Positions 38,275-47,723 of a stretch of 64,000 nt of DNA are shown here, piece after piece. The notes beneath the pieces were generated by a model, which searched no databases, had not been told where the DNA came from, and worked only from the letters and a program-made list of their open reading frames with translations. The DNA lies in the NCBI GenBank assembly GCA_964453135.1, contig CAYVOL010000002.1, positions 55,094-119,093 on the forward strand, read 5' to 3'. Position 1 is the first letter of the stretch. Each line of letters starts with the position of its first letter. Source of the stretch: an uncultured Candidatus Saccharibacteria bacterium (GTDB lineage Bacteria > Patescibacteriota > Minisyncoccia > UBA6257 > UBA9933). The position numbers and the translations under genes were made by a program.

Positions 38275-38330
38275 TCTTTTTATATTTCGCCGCCGGCTTA
38301 CTGGAAAATTTTCTTTTTACTCATTGAAGC

Positions 38331-38729
38331 GTGCTTAACTTTTTTCTTCAAATCGTTATAATGTGCTCTTTGGCGGCGATGGTTTATTTGGCGGCCAGAA
38401 AAATTCCCCAATTAGACGACACTTTAAATTCGGCGCATCAGGGAGCAGGGGGTTTTTTCGGTAAAATCGGACATTTTTTTGATTCTTTGCCGTGGAACAA
38501 GGTTGATTTTTTTGTCAGCCAGTTTCTGGAAAAATTATTGCGGCGAGTAAGAGTTTTTGTGATGCGCGTTGATAACCGCCTTATACATCATTTGGGGAAA
38601 ATCAAAACGTTAAAAGATGCGCACCTTCAGTCAAGAGAGAAAAAACTGGGGTTGTTTGAAAATAACAATGGCAACGGCGAAGCGAAGCGCGAAGAAAATA
38701 GCAATGGCGACGGCGAGGCTGTCGAGTAA
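38331..38729 (+). CDS. hypothetical membrane-anchored protein with low-complexity acidic tail
   Basis: ORF with N-terminal hydrophobic helix. No domain recognised. Confidence 0.3.
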   Translation: MLNFFLQIVIMCSLAAMVYLAARKIPQLDDTLNSAHQGAGGFFGKIGHFFDSLPWNKVDFFVSQFLEKLLRRVRVFVMRVDNRLIHHLGKIKTLKDAHLQSREKKLGLFENNNGNGEAKREENSNGDGEAVE

Positions 38730-38736
38730 TCAATAA

Positions 38737-38822
38737 GCGCAGGTGGCAGAGCGGTCAATTGCATCAGACTGTAAATCTGACGCCTTTATGGCTACGGGGG
38801 TTCGAATCCCTCCCTGCGCACC
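38737..38822 (+). tRNA. tRNA-Tyr (anticodon GTA)
   Basis: Acceptor GCGCAGG/CCTGCGC, anticodon arm TCAGA-CTGTAAA-TCTGA, long variable arm, T-arm GGGGGTTCGAATCCCTC. Confidence 0.8.
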
Positions 38823-38849
38823 GCATAAACTGCGTAGAGAAAATTAAGC

Positions 38850-38923
38850 GCCACCTTAGCTCAGCGGCAGAGCAACTCTTTTGTAAAGAGAAGGTCCCGA
38901 GTTCAAATCTCGGAGGTGGCTCA
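38850..38923 (+). tRNA. tRNA-Thr (anticodon TGT)
   Basis: Acceptor GCCACCT/AGGTGGC, D-arm TAGCTCAGCGGCAGAGC, anticodon loop TTTGTAA, T-arm CCGAGTTCAAATCTCGG. Confidence 0.75.
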
Positions 38924-39104
38924 AAAATTGTTTTCGCCGCAATAACCCATATTTGTTGCAATTACCGGAAAAATCGTGTATAAAATTATAGCCTACGCGT
39001 AAGAAAAATGGCGGGCTACAGTTTTTACCGACGTAGCTCATCGGCAGATTTGTCTGTTGCGCTTCGCCGTAGCGAATGAAGGCGGAGCAATTTCCTGTCT
39101 ACAT

Positions 39105-39177
39105 GCCGAGATAGCTCAGTCGGCAGAGCGCATCCATGGTAAGGATGAGGTCCCGGGTTCGATCCCCGGTCTCGGCT
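39105..39177 (+). tRNA. tRNA-Thr (anticodon GGT)
   Basis: Acceptor GCCGAGA/TCTCGGC, D-arm TAGCTCAGTCGGCAGAGC, anticodon arm CATCC-ATGGTAA-GGATG, T-arm CCGGGTTCGATCCCCGG. Confidence 0.8.
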
Positions 39178-39289
39178 CGGCATTTTGGCGGGTATGCATG
39201 GAAAGGAGCAAGAGTAATGCAGGCTAATTAAAATACTAAAAAAACTTAAAGGCCGAAATCTTTGATTAAGAATTTAAGCCTTTGGTTAT

Positions 39290-39475
39290 TTGGTTTTATC
39301 AATCGTGGCTAAGTCAAAATTAAAAGAACAACTCACCCGAATGCGCTGCGCCGTTTGCAAACGGGTTAATTACCATACTAAGAAAAACCGCAAGAAAGTG
39401 GAAAAGAAACTGGAGTTTCGCAAGTATTGCCGCTGGTGCCGCAAGCACACCGCGCATAAAGAAGCCAAAAAGTAA
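39290..39475 (+). CDS. rpmG: 50S ribosomal protein L33 (zinc-ribbon form)
   Basis: CAVCKRVNYHTKKNRKK...KLEFRKYCRWCRKHTAHKEAKK matches the L33 pattern. Confidence 0.8.
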   Translation: MVLSIVAKSKLKEQLTRMRCAVCKRVNYHTKKNRKKVEKKLEFRKYCRWCRKHTAHKEAKK

Positions 39476-39579
39476 ATTGAAATAAAAAACAGCGTGGAAA
39501 ATTATTTCTACGCTTAATCTTGACGGCGAAATTTTTTTGACGCAGAGATAAATTCTAACACGCGCCTTTCACTACAAAA

Positions 39580-39653
39580 GGGGACATAGGCTCAACGGCA
39601 AACTGCCTCTCTCCAAAAGAGGATTTCTCCGTTCGAATCGGAGTGTCCCCGCA
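39580..39653 (+). tRNA. tRNA-Trp (anticodon CCA)
   Basis: Acceptor GGGGACA/TGTCCCC, anticodon arm CCTCT-CTCCAAA-AGAGG, T-arm CTCCGTTCGAATCGGAG. D-arm is atypical. Confidence 0.7.
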
Positions 39654-39676
39654 AACAGCCAAATAAGAGCATAGTG

Positions 39677-40096
39677 TTATGCCGCTGTTGTTGACGCTCC
39701 CAGCATTCCTTTCACAGTCTCAACTAATTGCATAGGAGTAGTGTCCATTTTTAAAAGATATTTTGTGTTAGGATATTTTTCTATTTCCGCCCTGATTTCA
39801 TCGCTGCTGTAATTGGTAAACATTATAATAGGTACGGAATTAAACATTGGATGTTTGCGGGTTTCGCGCATGACATCCATTCCGGAAATATCAGGCAGAA
39901 GAATATCTAAAATCATCACCGTATGTTTTTGAACATCTTCCGGGGTGAAGCCGTTAAGTTTTTCCAGGGCTTCCTTGCCGGTTCTGACGTCTTCCACAGT
40001 AAAACCCTCCTCTTCAAAGGCGGTTTTGTAAAGTTCGGCTATATCGGCCTCGTCTTCCACGAAGAGCAATATTCTGGGGGATTTATTTTCGTCCAT
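39677..40096 (-). CDS. single-domain response regulator (REC only)
   Basis: ILLFVEDEADIAELY...VMILDILLPDISGMDV...IIMFTNYS. 139 aa, no output domain. Confidence 0.75.
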   Translation of the reverse strand: MDENKSPRILLFVEDEADIAELYKTAFEEEGFTVEDVRTGKEALEKLNGFTPEDVQKHTVMILDILLPDISGMDVMRETRKHPMFNSVPIIMFTNYSSDEIRAEIEKYPNTKYLLKMDTTPMQLVETVKGMLGASTTAA

Positions 40097-40171
40097 AATT
40101 TGTGTTTATTTTATCGGCAATATCAATAAAAAGCAATAGGCAAGGTGGATAACCGCGGATTTTTAGGAAGT

Positions 40172-41194
40172 TTATTGAGGAGTGGGCAGTAAAATAGTGA
40201 ATTTTGATCCCATGTCTCTGCCGCGGGATTCGGCCCAAATCCTTCCGTCATGCGCCTGAATTATGGCCTTGGTAAGCGCCATTCCTATTCCTTTGCCGGT
40301 GGTGTATATGTTTTTCGCTTCCTCCCCTCTTTCAAAATACTTGTCAAAAAGCCCGTCCAGCTCTTTTTGGTTCAGTCCGATGCCGGTATCTTCTATGTAA
40401 AATTGCAGGAATTGTTTGTCTTTTTCAATTGGGTGGACGACGATTTTTGAAGAAATTGTTATTGATCCGCCGTCTTTGTTGTATTTAACGGAATTGTTCA
40501 GGATGTTATACAGCGCTTCTTTTATTTTTGTTCTGTCAGCGATAGCCATGGAATTTTCGGAAAAATTTTTGGCAATCGCGATGCGCTTGGCTTCAATTTC
40601 TGGATTTAGTTCTTGTATTATTTCGTCAAAAACACTTTCCATATCCACCAGCGTTTTATTGAGCATTTCTTTCCCGACGCGCAAAGCGGAGATGTCAAGA
40701 AAGTCGTTTACTAATTTCGCCATCTGTTCGGTGGAAACCAAAATTTTATCCAAATAACCTTTTACGGTCGGGTTGATTTCATCGGCTTTTTTGGCAAGCA
40801 AAAACTCAATGTAGCCCTTGGCGATGGTGATAGGCGTCCTTAAATGATGCTGGGTTGTCAGAATAAATTGCGTTTTTGTCTTATCTAATTCCTCTAAATC
40901 TATTCTCGCCCTTTTTTCCACTTCGTAGGCGTTTTTGATTTCTTTGGTTTGTTCGTCAATTTTTTCCTGCAGATGAGTGTTAAGATCAGCCAGTTCGTTT
41001 TTCAGTTTTTGTTCCCGCAGAATCAGATCGTTGAATTCTTTGGAGCTTACTTCCAAAGAGCGGTCCAAAAGAGCGCGATCTTCGTCAAAGTGGACATAAG
41101 TATCGCTTATCGCTTTGAGGAAATTTTCCCAGTCAGCAGGAATATTATCGCCCAAAAAACGGCGGATTTGTCTTTCAAGCGTCCGGTGGAGCAT
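40172..41194 (-). CDS. cytoplasmic sensor histidine kinase (coiled-coil + HisKA + HATPase_c)
   Basis: H-box TTQHHLRTPITIAKGY, N-box YNILNNSVKYN, G-boxes IEDTGIGL and GKGIGMALTKAI. No TM segments. Confidence 0.85.
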   Translation of the reverse strand: MLHRTLERQIRRFLGDNIPADWENFLKAISDTYVHFDEDRALLDRSLEVSSKEFNDLILREQKLKNELADLNTHLQEKIDEQTKEIKNAYEVEKRARIDLEELDKTKTQFILTTQHHLRTPITIAKGYIEFLLAKKADEINPTVKGYLDKILVSTEQMAKLVNDFLDISALRVGKEMLNKTLVDMESVFDEIIQELNPEIEAKRIAIAKNFSENSMAIADRTKIKEALYNILNNSVKYNKDGGSITISSKIVVHPIEKDKQFLQFYIEDTGIGLNQKELDGLFDKYFERGEEAKNIYTTGKGIGMALTKAIIQAHDGRIWAESRGRDMGSKFTILLPTPQ

Positions 41195-41196
41195 TG

Positions 41197-42357
41197 TTAT
41201 ACTTCGCTAAAGACGGTAACGGTCATTGTTTGGTTGTGGAGCTGGCATTGTTTTTCCGTTGCCGCCACGGGGCAAAGCTCTCCGTAAGAATAAAATCCGG
41301 TGATGGCTGCTTGCTTGCCCACGACATTTCTGACTGCTTCAATTTCTTCTTCAATGCGTTCTTTCAGCACTAATTTTCTTCCGATGCAGCTGATGAGTAT
41401 TGCCAGCTGGGGGATATTGTCTTCAAACGATTGGATGCTCATACTGCTGGCGCCTCCGGCTCCGTCAATCAAGCGGTCAAAATTCGCCTTCATAAAAGTA
41501 ACTTTGGTGCCCACTGGCATATCGCCCGCGAAAGTCATGCTCTGGGTTTTTTCATCCACCGCTAAAATAGTGCGCACCACTTCGGCGTCTTTGCCGCTTT
41601 TTTCTTTTAAGTGCAGTTTAAGAGGGAAGAGCAGTCCGGTATTGGGCAGTCCTTGGGCTTGTTCGCCTAAATAGGTTTTGTAAAGCGCGAGAGCCGGCTG
41701 GTTGTCGAGTTCGTAAAGAACGTTATTTTCCGCTTTGGTGATGGTTCTCTCAACCCCGAAAGCGTCCCAGCCTCCCAAAGATCCGTAGCCGACGCGCAAG
41801 TTGTTTCCATAGAAGCCTATGGCCACTATTTTTCCTTCTTTGCCTACGCCGTCAAAGCCAACCAGGGTTTTCTTGAAATCAGTGCCGTCTCCCACGAGCC
41901 CGCCGGTAACCGAAACATTGCCGGGTAAATTTTGATTTAGTCCTTCAACCAAAGGAGTGCCGTTGACTTTTAAGCCGTCGGAGAACACCATGACGTGCGT
42001 TAAATCGTTTCCAGAAGACAGCTCTTGAGCCAGTTTTTTACCTGCTTCAAAACTTTCCGAAGCGTTTCCTATTTCGGTTTGCGCGAACCGTAGGTTTGTT
42101 TTTTCAAAAAAGACAGCGGTTAAAGACAGGGAATCGTCGCGCACTTCGGTGTCGATGATTTCTCCGGCTGTTGAGCAGATGAGAATATGGGTGGAAGGGT
42201 TGGGGTATTGCGAGCGCACATCATCGTAATACTTCTGGTCTTCCAGCAAATGCCTTCCTCCGAAGACGATGACCAATTGAGGAACCTCTGTTAATTTTTG
42301 AAGCGAAACCGTCGACCATCCGCCTTCGGCGGTCCATTTTTTTTGTTCAATCTTCAT
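41197..42357 (-). CDS. FIST-domain sensory protein
   Basis: FIST_C-like tail ITGFYSYGELCPVAATEKQCQLHNQTMT. About 380 aa, immediately upstream of the kinase. Confidence 0.65.
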   Translation of the reverse strand: MKIEQKKWTAEGGWSTVSLQKLTEVPQLVIVFGGRHLLEDQKYYDDVRSQYPNPSTHILICSTAGEIIDTEVRDDSLSLTAVFFEKTNLRFAQTEIGNASESFEAGKKLAQELSSGNDLTHVMVFSDGLKVNGTPLVEGLNQNLPGNVSVTGGLVGDGTDFKKTLVGFDGVGKEGKIVAIGFYGNNLRVGYGSLGGWDAFGVERTITKAENNVLYELDNQPALALYKTYLGEQAQGLPNTGLLFPLKLHLKEKSGKDAEVVRTILAVDEKTQSMTFAGDMPVGTKVTFMKANFDRLIDGAGGASSMSIQSFEDNIPQLAILISCIGRKLVLKERIEEEIEAVRNVVGKQAAITGFYSYGELCPVAATEKQCQLHNQTMTVTVFSEV

Positions 42358-42580
42358 AAAAATGAAGCTTAGTCATAATTATTTTCTCGATAATTTCGTA
42401 TGGAGAAAGATTACGACCGCCTGATTATTTATTCTTATTATAAGAAACGTAGATTTTCATTTCAAGATATGCTTATCCACCGAAGAATAAAGTTTACAAT
42501 GTTATAAGGTTTATAAAGTTAGAAAGTTTGATTATGTAGCCGCTTTACAAACTTTATACACATTATAAGCTTTTATTGAT

Positions 42581-43294
42581 ATGCTGGAAAAATTGGAAGG
42601 TATTTTACAAAGGGTTGCCGAGAAGGGAAATTTATTCCACGCGTATTTGTTTTTCGGCGAAAACGAAAGGGCAATTTTTGAGTTGAGCGAGAAATTGGCA
42701 AATTTTTTGGAAAATCAACAGTGGGAAACGCCCCCTCGTTTTTTGAGCGATTGCTTAATCATAGAAAAAGGAACAGAAGAAAACATCGGCATTGACGAGG
42801 CGCGCCGATTGAAGAATTTTCTCTATCAAAAGCCTGTTGTTGCTTCAAGAAGGACGGCCATTGTTTACCAGGCCGATTCCTTGACCGAGGCGGCGCAAAA
42901 CGCGCTTTTGAAAATTGTGGAAGAGCCTCCCGGCGACACTCTTTTAATCTTAATCGCCCGCCGCGAGGAAAGTTTGCTGCCTACGCTTCTTTCCCGTCTG
43001 CACCGCGTTTATTTCCCTCATTCGCTGAGACATAATAAAAGAGGAAATAGCAAGACAGAAGTTTTTTCCAAAAAAGAAAATCGCAGCCAATCGGAAACGG
43101 ATAAAAAATTGGAAGATTTTTTTGACAAGTTTTTTAGTTCGGCGATTGACGATCAAGATAATTTAGTTCAAAATTCTTATATTGCCCAAGAGATGCTGGA
43201 GCGGCTGAAGGTCATAAGGCAGTTTAATTTGAATAAGCCGCTGCAGCTGAAATTTTTGAATTTGTTAAGCAAAAAACCTCCTTCGGCAAAATAA
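42581..43294 (+). CDS. holB: DNA polymerase III delta-prime-like clamp-loader subunit (short)
   Basis: NALLKIVEEPP and TLLSRL motifs. Degenerate Walker A (HAYLFFGEN). Confidence 0.7.
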   Translation: MLEKLEGILQRVAEKGNLFHAYLFFGENERAIFELSEKLANFLENQQWETPPRFLSDCLIIEKGTEENIGIDEARRLKNFLYQKPVVASRRTAIVYQADSLTEAAQNALLKIVEEPPGDTLLILIARREESLLPTLLSRLHRVYFPHSLRHNKRGNSKTEVFSKKENRSQSETDKKLEDFFDKFFSSAIDDQDNLVQNSYIAQEMLERLKVIRQFNLNKPLQLKFLNLLSKKPPSAK

Positions 43295-43302
43295 TCAGAT
43301 TT

Positions 43303-43890
43303 ATGGCGCAAGAAACTTCGGGCGGAAACAATATTGTTAAAGATATCGTTATATTGCTGATAATCTGGGGATTTATTCTGGGAATTTTGCTGGCCAACAG
43401 CAAGGTGAGAAATTTTCTTTTGTCGCTGGCGGGATTGAATAAAACAACAGTGGTTTTTAACGACGTGATTTTTCTCCGCCAGAACAATGTTTTTCGCGGC
43501 GCTTCTTTATATGCGGACAAGCGTCCCAATGTTTACGATGTTATCGCCTCTCCCTGGGACGGCAATATGTTTTTTGCCGGAACAGATTTGGGTATTTTTG
43601 TTTCCGCTGACGGCGGCGGGAGCTGGCGCCGTCTGGACGCTCTTTCTAAAGAAATCGGAGATGGGACTTTGGTGGAGAAATTTTTCATCAATCCTCAGCG
43701 AAGCGGAGAGATTTCTTTCTTGGCTTCTTCCGGAGGAAGCAGCGCTGTTTACCGCAGCCGCGACAATTTAAATTCTGTTTTTAAGGATTACGAGATTGAC
43801 GCCGAGACGATGAAAAGAATGTCTGCTGGCCGTTCGGTTTCCTCGGTCGCCTCCCAGGACAATTTTGATGTTATTGGAACGCGAAAATAA
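43303..43890 (+). CDS. membrane-anchored BNR/Asp-box repeat protein
   Basis: N-terminal TM helix. Asp-box SADGGGSW and WDGNMFFAGTDLGIF beta-propeller-like repeats. Confidence 0.4.
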   Translation: MAQETSGGNNIVKDIVILLIIWGFILGILLANSKVRNFLLSLAGLNKTTVVFNDVIFLRQNNVFRGASLYADKRPNVYDVIASPWDGNMFFAGTDLGIFVSADGGGSWRRLDALSKEIGDGTLVEKFFINPQRSGEISFLASSGGSSAVYRSRDNLNSVFKDYEIDAETMKRMSAGRSVSSVASQDNFDVIGTRK

Positions 43891-43919
43891 GTTTTAGTAA
43901 TTTTTCCGCATTATTTTTT

Positions 43920-44468
43920 ATGGAGCTATTAAAAGATTTGGAAAATAAAACAAAGGAAATTATCGAGCAGAGCAAACAGCAATTGAAAAGTTTGCGCTCC
44001 AATCGTCCCAGTCCGGTGATGGTGGAGGATATTTTGGCGGAAGCTTACGGCCAGAAAATGGCTATCAAGCAACTAGGAGCAATCAGCATTGTTCCTCCGG
44101 CGCAGATCCAAATTTCTGTTTGGGACCAAAGCGTGGCCGGAGCAGTGGCGAAAGCCGTGGAGTCCTCCAATTTGAAAATTGCCGCCAGTGTGGAAGGAAA
44201 TCTGATAAGGATAAATTTGCCACCCTTGTCCAATGAGCGGCGCCAGGAGCTGGTTAAAACCATAAAAAGAGAAGTGGAAGACACGCGTATCAAGATTCGT
44301 TTTGCGCGGGACGAGGCGATGAAAAAAGTCGGCAAAGATTTGGAAAACGGCGATATCACCGAGGATGAAAAGTTTATGTTAAAAGACAAAATTCAGGAAA
44401 TAGTTGATAAAGCCAATCAGGAATTGGAGAGTGTAATGGAAAAAAAGATTAAAGAGATTGAAGAGTAG
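43920..44468 (+). CDS. frr: ribosome recycling factor
   Basis: 182 aa. LKSLRSNRPSPVMVEDI and ERRQELVKTIKREVEDTRIKIR conserved RRF pattern. Confidence 0.9.
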   Translation: MELLKDLENKTKEIIEQSKQQLKSLRSNRPSPVMVEDILAEAYGQKMAIKQLGAISIVPPAQIQISVWDQSVAGAVAKAVESSNLKIAASVEGNLIRINLPPLSNERRQELVKTIKREVEDTRIKIRFARDEAMKKVGKDLENGDITEDEKFMLKDKIQEIVDKANQELESVMEKKIKEIEE

Positions 44469-45504
44469 GCCAATGCTTGCCGCCCTTATTATAATATTAT
44501 TTTTTTCGCTTTTGATTGTCGTCCATGAACTGGGTCATTTTTTACTGGCGAAAAAATTCGGATTATTCGTTGAAGAATTCGGATTAGGACTTCCGCCGCG
44601 AATCTGGGGAAGAAAAAAGGGAGAAACGATTTACAGCGTTAATCTTTTGCCCCTTGGCGGGTTTGTTAAAATTGCCGGAGAAAACAGGGAAGAAGAAGCG
44701 GCAGACAGCCAGCTTTTGCCGGAAAGAATTTTTTATAACCTAAAAATATGGAAAAGGTGCCTGATATTGATTGGCGGGGTGGCGATGAATTTTCTGCTGG
44801 GCTGGCTTCTTTTGTCCGCGGTTTTTATCGCCGGAATTCCGCCCGCTGTTTTTATCACAGAAGTGTCTCCCAACAGCCCGGCGGCTCAAGCCGGTTTTCA
44901 GGTCAACGACAAAGTAGTCGGTTTTTCCCGGGTAAGCGGTTTGATTAACTTTATAAACAGCAGTAAGGGGAAAGAAATAGCGATAAAAGTGGAAAGAGCA
45001 GGAGAGGAAATAGAATTAAAAGCAGTGCCGAGAGTTAATCCGCCGGCCGGAGAAGGGGCGCTGGGCATTGGCTTGGTAGAATCAGGACAAGAAAGGCAGG
45101 GGATACTGCGCAGTTTTTGGAACGCTTTAATAGTTTCAGGCCAGATATTCGGCTTAATTTTCGTCACCATATTTAATTTGGTGAAAATGGCGATTTTTGG
45201 CCAGGCCCATTTGGAAGGAATAACCGGTCCGGTCGGCATTGTGCGAGTTACTTCCCAGGCAAGCCATTTGGGCTGGGTTTACCTTTTTAATTTGATGGCG
45301 CTTATTTCCATTAACTTGGCCGCGGTTAATATTTTTCCTTTTCCGGCTTTGGATGGCGGAAGAGTTTTGTTCGTGCTGATTGAAAAAATAAAAGGTTCGC
45401 CCTTGCCTCATCGTCTGGAAAATTACGCCAACGCCATTGGCTTTGCTTTGCTTATTTTTTTGATGATTCTTATTACCATTAAAGACGTGGGAGGGATTTT
45501 GTAA
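44458..45504 (+). CDS. rseP: RIP zinc metalloprotease RseP (site-2 protease)
   Basis: HELGHF zinc motif in TM1, PDZ domain, LNLLPLGGFV and NLAAVNIFPFPALDGG motifs. Likely start at the internal Met about 44473. Confidence 0.85.
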   Translation: MKSRPMLAALIIILFFSLLIVVHELGHFLLAKKFGLFVEEFGLGLPPRIWGRKKGETIYSVNLLPLGGFVKIAGENREEEAADSQLLPERIFYNLKIWKRCLILIGGVAMNFLLGWLLLSAVFIAGIPPAVFITEVSPNSPAAQAGFQVNDKVVGFSRVSGLINFINSSKGKEIAIKVERAGEEIELKAVPRVNPPAGEGALGIGLVESGQERQGILRSFWNALIVSGQIFGLIFVTIFNLVKMAIFGQAHLEGITGPVGIVRVTSQASHLGWVYLFNLMALISINLAAVNIFPFPALDGGRVLFVLIEKIKGSPLPHRLENYANAIGFALLIFLMILITIKDVGGIL

Positions 45505-45512
45505 ATTGCCTT

Positions 45513-47303
45513 TCACATTTCTTTTAAAGTTTTAATGCCTAAGAGATTCAGTCCGGTTTTCAGCGTTTGAGAGATGGCGGATATTAAAGCCAAGCGGCTG
45601 AGGCGGATTTTATTTTCCGCTTTCAAGACCGGAACTTTTTGATAATAAGCGTTGGTTTCTTTGGCTAATTTATAAAGATAATCGGCTAAGTGATGGGGAT
45701 AATAGTCTTCGGTGATTTGCTCAATAACATCGGGAAATTCTTCCAGCCGGCGGATTAATTTTAGTTCGCTTTCTTCGTTTAAGTTGACGAGGGCGGTAGA
45801 ACTGATATTTTTCAATTTTTTACTGGCAATTTTTGTTTTACTGAGAATGCTTTCCAAGCGGGCGTAAGCGTACAAAAGATAAGGAGCGGAATTGCCCTCA
45901 AGATTGAGCATTTTGTCCCATTGAAAAGCGATGTCGGATTGGCGGTTTTGAGACAAGTCGTTGTATTTAATGGCGGCAATGCCGATTGCTTTCGCCGTTG
46001 CTTGTTTTTTATTCTCCGGCCAGCCGGGATTTTTCTTTTTTATAATTTTTTTTGCCCGGCTTATCCCTTCCTCAATGACCTTAAAAAGAGAAATAGTTTT
46101 GCCGGCGCGGGTGGAGAATTTTTTCAAGTCGTCTCCCAGCATCAAGCCGAATTTTACGTGAGCTAGTTTTTGCGATTTGAGATATCCTAAGCGCCTGGCG
46201 GATTCAAACAGCTGTTCAAAGTGAAGCGATTGTCCGTTGTCCACTACATAGATAATTGAGTCGGCCTTAAATTTTTTCAGGCGGTATTCAATAGCAGCCA
46301 AGTCGGTGGTGGAATAAAGATAGGCCTCGTCGCTTTTCTGGATAATAAACGGCGGCTGATTTTCTTTTAAGAAAATAACCGCGGCGCCTTGGCTTTTTTG
46401 GGCCACTCCGCTTTTTAGAGCGTTTTGAACTATTTTTTCCAAAGCCGGAGCGTAAAAGCTTTCTCCCAAGTAACAGTCAAATTTAACGCCGAGAATCCGG
46501 TAGACTTTCTTAAATTCATCCAAGCTTATTTTATAAAATTTTTTCCAGATTCTTGTGTTGTTTTTGTCGCCGTTCTGAAGTTTTTTGATTTCTTGCCTCG
46601 CTTTTTCCTCTAAAGACGGATTAGTTTTCATTCTCGCCGTGTAGTCAACGTATAATTTCACCAGGTCGTTTATGGAATAATTTGTCAGCTGTTTTCCCTG
46701 GGCAGTTTTTTCTTTATAGGCGGCTATTAAAACGCCGAATTGTTTTCCCCAGTCTCCCAAGTGATTGTCGCCGATGGTTTTCCAGCCGCTGAATTGGAAA
46801 ATATTGTAAAGCGCCTGGCCGATTAAAGTGGAGCGGAAGTGCCCCACGTGCATTGGCTTGGCGATGTTGGGATGGGAATAATCAATAACAACGGTTTGTT
46901 TTTTGGTTTTTTTCTCTGACTTTCCCCAATTTTCTTCTTTGCTTAAAATATCCGCCAGTTCTTTTTGCAGAGTTTTTTCGGCCAGCCAGAAATTGATAAA
47001 TCCCGGCGGGGCAACCTCAATTTTTTCAAAAAAATCAGACTGGATATTTGCCAGCCGATTTTTGATATTCTCGGCAATTTCCAGCGGATTTTTTTTCAGG
47101 ATTCTGGCCAATCTTAGGGCGACATTGGAGGAATAATGGCCGTGTTGATCGTTCTCGGGAACAAAAATTTCCACTTCGCCGTATTCTGCCGGCGCGTTTG
47201 AGTTTTTTAGCTCCGCGGCAACTGATTTTTTAAGATATTTTTCTATTTTTATTTTCAACACAATTATGATTATACTGATAATTATGATTATTTCCACCAA
47301 CAA
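45513..47303 (-). CDS. argS: arginine--tRNA ligase
   Basis: HIGH-type motif PMHVGHFRS, class I fold, DALR anticodon-binding C-terminus ending in M. Confidence 0.9.
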   Translation of the reverse strand: MLVEIIIIISIIIIVLKIKIEKYLKKSVAAELKNSNAPAEYGEVEIFVPENDQHGHYSSNVALRLARILKKNPLEIAENIKNRLANIQSDFFEKIEVAPPGFINFWLAEKTLQKELADILSKEENWGKSEKKTKKQTVVIDYSHPNIAKPMHVGHFRSTLIGQALYNIFQFSGWKTIGDNHLGDWGKQFGVLIAAYKEKTAQGKQLTNYSINDLVKLYVDYTARMKTNPSLEEKARQEIKKLQNGDKNNTRIWKKFYKISLDEFKKVYRILGVKFDCYLGESFYAPALEKIVQNALKSGVAQKSQGAAVIFLKENQPPFIIQKSDEAYLYSTTDLAAIEYRLKKFKADSIIYVVDNGQSLHFEQLFESARRLGYLKSQKLAHVKFGLMLGDDLKKFSTRAGKTISLFKVIEEGISRAKKIIKKKNPGWPENKKQATAKAIGIAAIKYNDLSQNRQSDIAFQWDKMLNLEGNSAPYLLYAYARLESILSKTKIASKKLKNISSTALVNLNEESELKLIRRLEEFPDVIEQITEDYYPHHLADYLYKLAKETNAYYQKVPVLKAENKIRLSRLALISAISQTLKTGLNLLGIKTLKEM

Positions 47304-47721
47304 GCGGGCGTATTTTGACTATGAAATTTTGGAAACTTACGAGGCGGGAGTTGAACTTTTGGGCCAAGAAGTGAAGTCAATTAAAAACGGCCGGATAAAT
47401 TTGACCGGAGCCTACGTGATTATCCGCGGGAATGAGCCGTGGCTTTTGAACGCCGATATTCCGCCGTATCAATCTAATGCCAGAGATAATTATGATTCAA
47501 AACGCACTCGCCGCCTGCTCTTGAAGAAAAAGGAAATAAAAAATTTACAATACCGGATAGAAGAAAAAGGCTTGACTTTACTGCCTCTAAAAGTTTATAC
47601 TAAAGGCAGGAAAGGATTGATAAAGGCAGAAATCGGCTTGGCGAAGAGCCGCAAAAAGTTTGACAAGAGGGAGCTGATTAAAAAGAGAGAAACAGAACGG
47701 GAAATAGCTCGCGTTGTTTAA
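47266..47721 (+). CDS. smpB: SsrA-binding protein SmpB
   Basis: NKRAYFDYEILETYEAGVELLGQEVKSIKNG...NADIPPYQ conserved SmpB. True start probably one of the internal Met codons (47284 region). Confidence 0.85.
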   Translation: MIILIIMIISTNKRAYFDYEILETYEAGVELLGQEVKSIKNGRINLTGAYVIIRGNEPWLLNADIPPYQSNARDNYDSKRTRRLLLKKKEIKNLQYRIEEKGLTLLPLKVYTKGRKGLIKAEIGLAKSRKKFDKRELIKKRETEREIARVV

Positions 47722-47723
47722 AA

